Assembly: GCA_029856105.1 (NCBI GenBank)
Contig: JAHQWH010000059.1
Span: forward strand, 1 to 41,690
Direction of reading: 5' to 3'
Length of the DNA: 41,690 nt
Source of the DNA: Promethearchaeia archaeon
GTDB taxonomy: Archaea; Asgardarchaeota; Lokiarchaeia; Sigyniarchaeales; SOKP01
The notes under the pieces were generated by a model that worked only from the letters and a program-made list of their open reading frames with translations, was not told the origin of the DNA and did not search any database. Numbering within the stretch: position 1 is the first letter of the stretch; each line of letters starts with the position of its first letter. Shown here one piece after another: positions 36,983 through 41,690 of this stretch. The position numbers and the translations under genes are program-made.

Positions 36983-37843
36983 TTATTTGCCTTCGAGCTG
37001 AGATTTAATCTGGTTTTTTAAAATCTCTTTCTTAGATTTGTACTCTACTTTAGCGTCCATAGGTCCACTTGTATGTTTAAGAAATTCTATTGCTAAAATC
37101 TTCCCATTCTCTGATAAAATTCTTGGAGAATAATCCTCGGCAAAAAATACTCCTTCTGGAATGGCTCCAACCTTTGAAATTTCTTTTGATACTTGTTTTT
37201 CGCCCAAAAACGTTTGAACTCTTTCAACTACTGAGTATGCGTGATTCCCGATAATTATTAATTCTCTTTCAAATCCATCAGGTATTTTTATGGCTTCTAA
37301 TTTTTGCATAATTTCGTTAAAATCAACGTGTGTTTCGTCTTTCATAAGCGTAGAAAACGACGATTCACCAGTATACAAAGGTCCTGTGTTCTGAGTCGCT
37401 CTATCTCTGGATCCGGCTATATTCATTCCCGATGCAGGTTCAGGGGTCCCAAATACATTTTTCTCTCTTAAAGGATGCACTGCTTGACCAGTTCTAGCTG
37501 CTGGTCTTTCTTCTGCTTTAATCTCTTTTGCAATACCTCCTTCGGTCTTCCCACCAATTAACTTTATAAAATCGGGGTCTTCTTCTCCCTCGTCGAGAGG
37601 AATAACCCCAAAATGCATGCCTACCTGACCGCGTATATCTTGGCTACGTTTTGCACCTATAAATTTCGACCTAACATTACTCTCAATGCCTTTCCATAAA
37701 TAAACTTTACGGTATTCGTCAGAAACTATTACGTAACACTCAGCCGTCTTTAGAATATCTTTTATAGGGCCTTCTGTTTTGTTTTCTTCCGTGTTTCCAT
37801 CTGGTAAAATTTTGAAAACTTGAGTTCCCATACTCTCAACCAA
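36983..37843 (-). CDS. Single gelsolin-domain protein with C-terminal extra domain (start may be ATG 37831)
   Basis: LKTAECYVI...KVYLWKGIESNVRSKFIGAK.S..I......LDEGEEDPDFIKLIG is a gelsolin-repeat signature. Confidence 0.85.
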   Translation of the reverse strand: MVESMGTQVFKILPDGNTEENKTEGPIKDILKTAECYVIVSDEYRKVYLWKGIESNVRSKFIGAKRSQDIRGQVGMHFGVIPLDEGEEDPDFIKLIGGKTEGGIAKEIKAEERPAARTGQAVHPLREKNVFGTPEPASGMNIAGSRDRATQNTGPLYTGESSFSTLMKDETHVDFNEIMQKLEAIKIPDGFERELIIIGNHAYSVVERVQTFLGEKQVSKEISKVGAIPEGVFFAEDYSPRILSENGKILAIEFLKHTSGPMDAKVEYKSKKEILKNQIKSQLEGK

Positions 37844-38000
37844 CTAATTTTCTGTGTTGTAATAAGGACAATAAATTTATACTATTATAATAAATTAGGT
37901 GTTAATAAACTTTTATTAAAAAATAATTTGCACAAAACAAGCTATATAACCTTGTATAGTTGTTAGCTGACATTAAAATTGTTATTTAATTTTAATAATT

Positions 38001-39554
38001 TTATAAACTTAAAATTCCTTTATTAATGTTATTTATCATATCCATTGCCGTAAATCGAGGTCCTATCGTTTTCTTACAAAATTCTCCTATGTGACCATTC
38101 AAAAAAGCGGCAGAGCATGCAGATTGGAACGGATTATTTCCTATAGTTAAAAAACTAGCGCATAATCCAGCTAAAACGTCGCCAGTTCCGCCGATAGACA
38201 TTTCTGGGCAGCCAGTTCTATTTATTTTTAGTTTTTTACCGTTGCTAATATAGTCATATGGTCCTTTTACCAATAACGTAACGCCTAGTTTCTTAGCTAA
38301 GTTAAATATCTCGGTTCCCCTCCGTTCTATTTCGTCATAGGGTGGTAGTTCAATACCCATCATAATTTTCAGTTCTCCTTCGTGAGGAGTTAAAATCACA
38401 TTTTTTCCCTTTATCAAATCGAGATGGTTTTTGATTAATTTTAAAGCATCTGCGTCAATAACAATTGATTTATCCTTATTTTTAATTGGTTCTAATACTT
38501 TAATTAAGAGTTCCTCGCTTGCGTTTTCAGTTCCTAATCCCGGGCCAATAATAATTGTATTTGTCCAATCAACTAATGACAAAATTTCGTCTAAAGCTTT
38601 TATATTTAACCAATCTCCTGGATTTGTCCTTACTATCATATTTGGAGAATAACTTCTTACTACATCTCCAATGACTTCCGGAACATAAGTTATAACTAAA
38701 TCACATCCAAAACGAATGCTTGATAATGAAGCGTAAGCAGGCGCTCCAGAATAATTCTTTGAGCCCCCAATAACTAAAACCCTTCCGAATTCTCCCTTGT
38801 GGTTATCGATTTTTCTTGATTTTAAAGTTGGGATTAAATCGCCTTTTCCAACAAAGATACTTGCTTCTTGTGGTATCCCAATAGATTTAACTACTATTTG
38901 ATATTTTCCAGTTTTCATGCCTTTTTTAATTCTATGAAAGGTTATTACTAAATCCGTATTAACTGCTTTATCATGAACTTTTCCCGTATCGGGATTCATT
39001 CCGGAAGGCACATCAATAGAAGCAACTTTAATACGTTCTCTTTCTTTTTCCCGTATATTATTTATGAGGTCAATTGTTGATGTTATTGGTTCTCTAATGT
39101 GCCCTTTTATTCCCGTACCTAGTAATCCATCTATAATTAACCTATAACTTTGATCTTTTTCAATAATTGATTCAATCTTTTTTACATCCGTAGAATCTTT
39201 AATAAATTCTATTTTAATCGAGTAAGTTAGATTGTTAAATAATATGTTCCAATTGAGTTGAGCTTCTTTCGTTCTTATTTTATCAGGGCTTCCGACTAGG
39301 ACTACCAATACTTTCGCTCCTAAAGAAGATAAATGACGTGCGATAACAAATCCATCTCCACCATTATTTCCCGTTCCACAAAAAATAGCGACCTTTGAGT
39401 TTTCCTTTAAATAACCCTGGGATACTATTTCTGTTGTGAAAGAATACCCCGCACATTCCATTAAATGGCTTTTTGGAATTCCTAACCACTCAGAATTATT
39501 GTCTAATATTGTCAATTCTTCGGAAGAAATCTTTTTTGAAATAAATCTTTCCAT
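38001..39554 (-). CDS. nnr: Bifunctional NAD(P)H-hydrate epimerase/dehydratase
   Basis: LMECAG, CGTGNNGGDG, DGLLGTG, DVPSG; HKGEFGRVLVIGGS, GPGLG, DADAL, TPHEGE, GGTGDVLAG. Confidence 0.95.
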   Translation of the reverse strand: MERFISKKISSEELTILDNNSEWLGIPKSHLMECAGYSFTTEIVSQGYLKENSKVAIFCGTGNNGGDGFVIARHLSSLGAKVLVVLVGSPDKIRTKEAQLNWNILFNNLTYSIKIEFIKDSTDVKKIESIIEKDQSYRLIIDGLLGTGIKGHIREPITSTIDLINNIREKERERIKVASIDVPSGMNPDTGKVHDKAVNTDLVITFHRIKKGMKTGKYQIVVKSIGIPQEASIFVGKGDLIPTLKSRKIDNHKGEFGRVLVIGGSKNYSGAPAYASLSSIRFGCDLVITYVPEVIGDVVRSYSPNMIVRTNPGDWLNIKALDEILSLVDWTNTIIIGPGLGTENASEELLIKVLEPIKNKDKSIVIDADALKLIKNHLDLIKGKNVILTPHEGELKIMMGIELPPYDEIERRGTEIFNLAKKLGVTLLVKGPYDYISNGKKLKINRTGCPEMSIGGTGDVLAGLCASFLTIGNNPFQSACSAAFLNGHIGEFCKKTIGPRFTAMDMINNINKGILSL

Positions 39555-39657
39555 AACAATTAATTTTAAGATATTGAGATAAAAAACATTTTAGGTTTTG
39601 TTTAAAATAAAAAAAAGTAGTTTATAATTATTTCTACGCTAATTGAATAAAATTAAG

Positions 39658-39981
39658 TTATTCTGGCATCTTAAGACCTATCATTGGCAATGATTTTACT
39701 CCTGATAAGAAGGTACCATCTATAAAATTAATTCCTTCGATATCAGCATACCTAAGTCGAACTTTAGTGTTCCGTTCTAATAATTCTTCGTATTTACCTT
39801 CTTTAACTTCTACTAAAGATATAACTTCTATTTCATTTCCTATTGTTCTTGTTCCTAATTGTAAAATTACTTTTTCTAAAGATTTATCAGGTGGAAATTC
39901 TTTCGCTACTTCAAGATATCTTTTACCAACTTCTTTTACCTTACTAATTGGAAACCTTGTGGTTGACAAAACTAATACCAT
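39658..39981 (-). CDS. Small hypothetical protein (ATG 39981 preferred)
   Basis: GAGGTGA SD upstream of ATG 39981; alpha/beta pattern; no function recognised. Confidence 0.75.
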   Translation of the reverse strand: MVLVLSTTRFPISKVKEVGKRYLEVAKEFPPDKSLEKVILQLGTRTIGNEIEVISLVEVKEGKYEELLERNTKVRLRYADIEGINFIDGTFLSGVKSLPMIGLKMPE

Positions 39982-40126
39982 AACATTCACCTCTATTAAA
40001 ATTTTATATATTGGATTTAGATGTGAGATTTATTAGGATAATTGTGTTTAAATATTTATCCAATTTTGTCAAAAATCATCACTTATTTTAAAAGAAATTA
40101 TCGATTTAATTTTTCGAAAAGATGGT

Positions 40127-40471
40127 TTAGCTATTATCAAGAGGTTTTATAAATCGATTACTCAAATTTAAGAATAAGATTCCACTAATTCCAATCACTA
40201 TAAGAACTACAAATATCCAAGTTGAAATTAATTCAAAACTATCGGGAATTATAAATCCAAAAATTGCTACAATCAATAAGGGGACCCCTAAAACAAAAAA
40301 CAAAATTGAATAAAATTTTGACACTCCTTCTTTATCAACACTGAACTTCTTTCTCCGGATAGCTTTTTGAAATCCTTCATATCTATCAATCAAAAAGTTT
40401 AGCCAACCTACTTTCATTAAAATGCCAAGTACGCACAAAACGAGACCAATAGTTAATGCATAAATTTCCAT
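40127..40471 (-). CDS. Small three-TM membrane protein (DUF3784-like)
   Basis: Three hydrophobic segments and LGIL...NFLI..Y....D pattern. Confidence 0.7.
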   Translation of the reverse strand: MEIYALTIGLVLCVLGILMKVGWLNFLIDRYEGFQKAIRRKKFSVDKEGVSKFYSILFFVLGVPLLIVAIFGFIIPDSFELISTWIFVVLIVIGISGILFLNLSNRFIKPLDNS

Positions 40472-40561
40472 ACATAACAGAGAGAATAGATGTATTTAAA
40501 ATTTGGTAATAGAGTGGTTGAAATTGAGTTGAGCAAGATGGGATAAACTTAAAAAATTAGA

Positions 40562-41344
40562 TTAATCTCTTCTTAGATAATAATAACTATAAACTTTATT
40601 CATACCTAAATTCTTATATAGTTTCATTGCATTAAGGTTTTGTAGTTCTACTTGGAGCCAAATATTCTCGGCTCCATTCGATATCGCCCATTCTTTTATT
40701 ACAGTTTTGAGCATAGAACTTGCGATTTTTTGACGTCTAAATTCTGGATTAACAAACACATCAGCGATGTAAAAATAATCATGAGGATTTAGTACACCCA
40801 TTAGAGTTCCTATAGTCTCTCCTCGCCATTTAGCGATGACAAAACATTTTTTTGGAACAATGATTCTATTAGTTATCTCTTTTATTATCTCCTGATGGTA
40901 TCTGTCTCTTTTCGTAAACTTCGCTAATAATGAGGAGAATTCATTTATTCTTTTATTATGAATCTCGTAGTTAAATTCGTTGTTAATGTGCTTTAAATCA
41001 AGATTTTGAACTTGCATTAACAAGGCATTTGTGCGATCCTGTTCAATATATCCTCGACGCTTTAAAACGCCATCTAGTTCTTTCGGTTCAAAATACTCAT
41101 GCATGGTGAATATAGTTGGTAAATTGAATGAGCTATACGCATTTTCAACCATTTCTATATTTTTTTCGATAAGAGTGCTTTTTCCAGTATAATTAAGTGG
41201 TATAACTGAATTAGCCCGATAAGTGACTCCCTTAGTAAATCGTAAAATCCATCCATTCAAAAAGAAATACTGTTCAGCTGGCCATGCATTCATTAAAAAT
41301 TCTTGAAATGATTTAATATCAACTTTAGATAACATTGTATTCAA
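40562..41344 (-). CDS. GNAT family acetyltransferase
   Basis: NAWPA..GWILRF..G.T.RANS N-terminal domain; VFVNPEFRRQKIA, WLQVE..N..AMKLY..LG. Confidence 0.92.
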   Translation of the reverse strand: MNTMLSKVDIKSFQEFLMNAWPAEQYFFLNGWILRFTKGVTYRANSVIPLNYTGKSTLIEKNIEMVENAYSSFNLPTIFTMHEYFEPKELDGVLKRRGYIEQDRTNALLMQVQNLDLKHINNEFNYEIHNKRINEFSSLLAKFTKRDRYHQEIIKEITNRIIVPKKCFVIAKWRGETIGTLMGVLNPHDYFYIADVFVNPEFRRQKIASSMLKTVIKEWAISNGAENIWLQVELQNLNAMKLYKNLGMNKVYSYYYLRRD

Positions 41345-41411
41345 TTCAAAGAATTAAAGTATACATTTAAATTAGACGAAATCCAAAAAACCAAAAAATG
41401 AAATGAATAAA

Positions 41412-41549
41412 TGCCGGTGGTGGGATATGAGCCCACGAACCTCCAGATTACATCCAGTCTGACCCATTTTTTCAGTAGGATTATGAGTCTGGCGCTTATT
41501 AAACAAACATTTAATACGAATGTTTTATAACCAGCTAAGCCACACCGGC
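41412..41549 (-). tRNA. tRNA-Met(CAT), elongator type, with two introns (D-loop region and 37/38)
   Basis: Acceptor GCCGGTG/CACCGGC plus A73; D-stem GCTT/AAGC with about 29-nt insertion; anticodon stem CCAGA/TCTGG with loop CTCATA[33 nt]A; T-stem GTGGG/CCCAC. T-loop is atypical. Confidence 0.82.
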
Positions 41550-41641
41550 AAATTAAATATATAATATTATTAACTATTAATCTAATTTAAAATTATTATT
41601 ATCTTTTTTGTTTTATTAGAAGAAGTAAAAAGAAATAAGAA

Positions 41642-41690
41642 AGCCTCCGGCGGGAATTTCCGAATAAAACAAAATGTTTCTTTCTTTTGA
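41642..41690 (-). tRNA. 3' end of a tRNA (probably Thr) with a T-loop intron; runs off the right edge
   Basis: Minus strand ..TCAAA[AGAAAGAAACATTTTGTTTTATTCGGAAAT]TCCCGC-CGGAGGC-T. T-stem strand CCCGC, acceptor strand CGGAGGC, discriminator U73. Anticodon is outside the window. Confidence 0.65.

Noticed and set aside
30698-40036. Plus-strand short ORFs nested in minus-strand genes (30698, 31697, 32464, 34038, 34294, 34710, 34941, 38431, 39767)
   Set aside because: Antisense shadows of clearly identifiable genes.
41449-41481. tRNA-Met intron as a box C/D guide RNA (contains CTGA)
   Set aside because: Only 33 nt with no box C (RTGATGA); CTGA is explained by pairing with TCAG.
41412-41549. Assignment as initiator tRNA-Met or tRNA-Ile2(CAT)
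   Set aside because: It lacks the A1-U72 pair and three consecutive G-C anticodon-stem pairs of initiators; the GCC-start acceptor fits elongator Met better than the GGGCCC-type Ile acceptor.

Overview
Low-GC archaeal chromosome segment whose gene content points to an Asgard archaeon, most likely Lokiarchaeia/Promethearchaeota (inferred from a divergent actin-related protein, a gelsolin-domain protein, a roadblock protein, an MglA/Arf-like GTPase, an LRR protein, bacterial-type gyrase, CofE and intron-containing tRNAs). Housekeeping genes include asnS (partial), pgk2, pdaD, a deoxyhypusine-synthase-family gene, cofE, folP, gyrBA, a DEAD-box helicase and nnr. Five things stand out. (1) A translationally coupled three-gene operon (5519-9832) encodes a receptor-like membrane GNAT acetyltransferase, a SelO-like kinase-fold protein and a wHTH/coiled-coil protein. 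(2) A five-gene run (27141-32753) joins a divergent actin-related protein to apparently catalytically dead CHAT/caspase-like and PLD-like proteins behind an AbrB-ACT regulator. (3) A gelsolin / roadblock / Cdc48N-like-polyPro-VWA cluster lies nearby. (4) A 1858-bp integrase-less insert, bounded by a 37-bp direct repeat, duplicates the start of a DNA methyltransferase gene. (5) An unannotated 35-aa acidic DDDW peptide and tRNA genes with non-canonical introns are present. All family assignments come from motif reading by eye; no searches were run.
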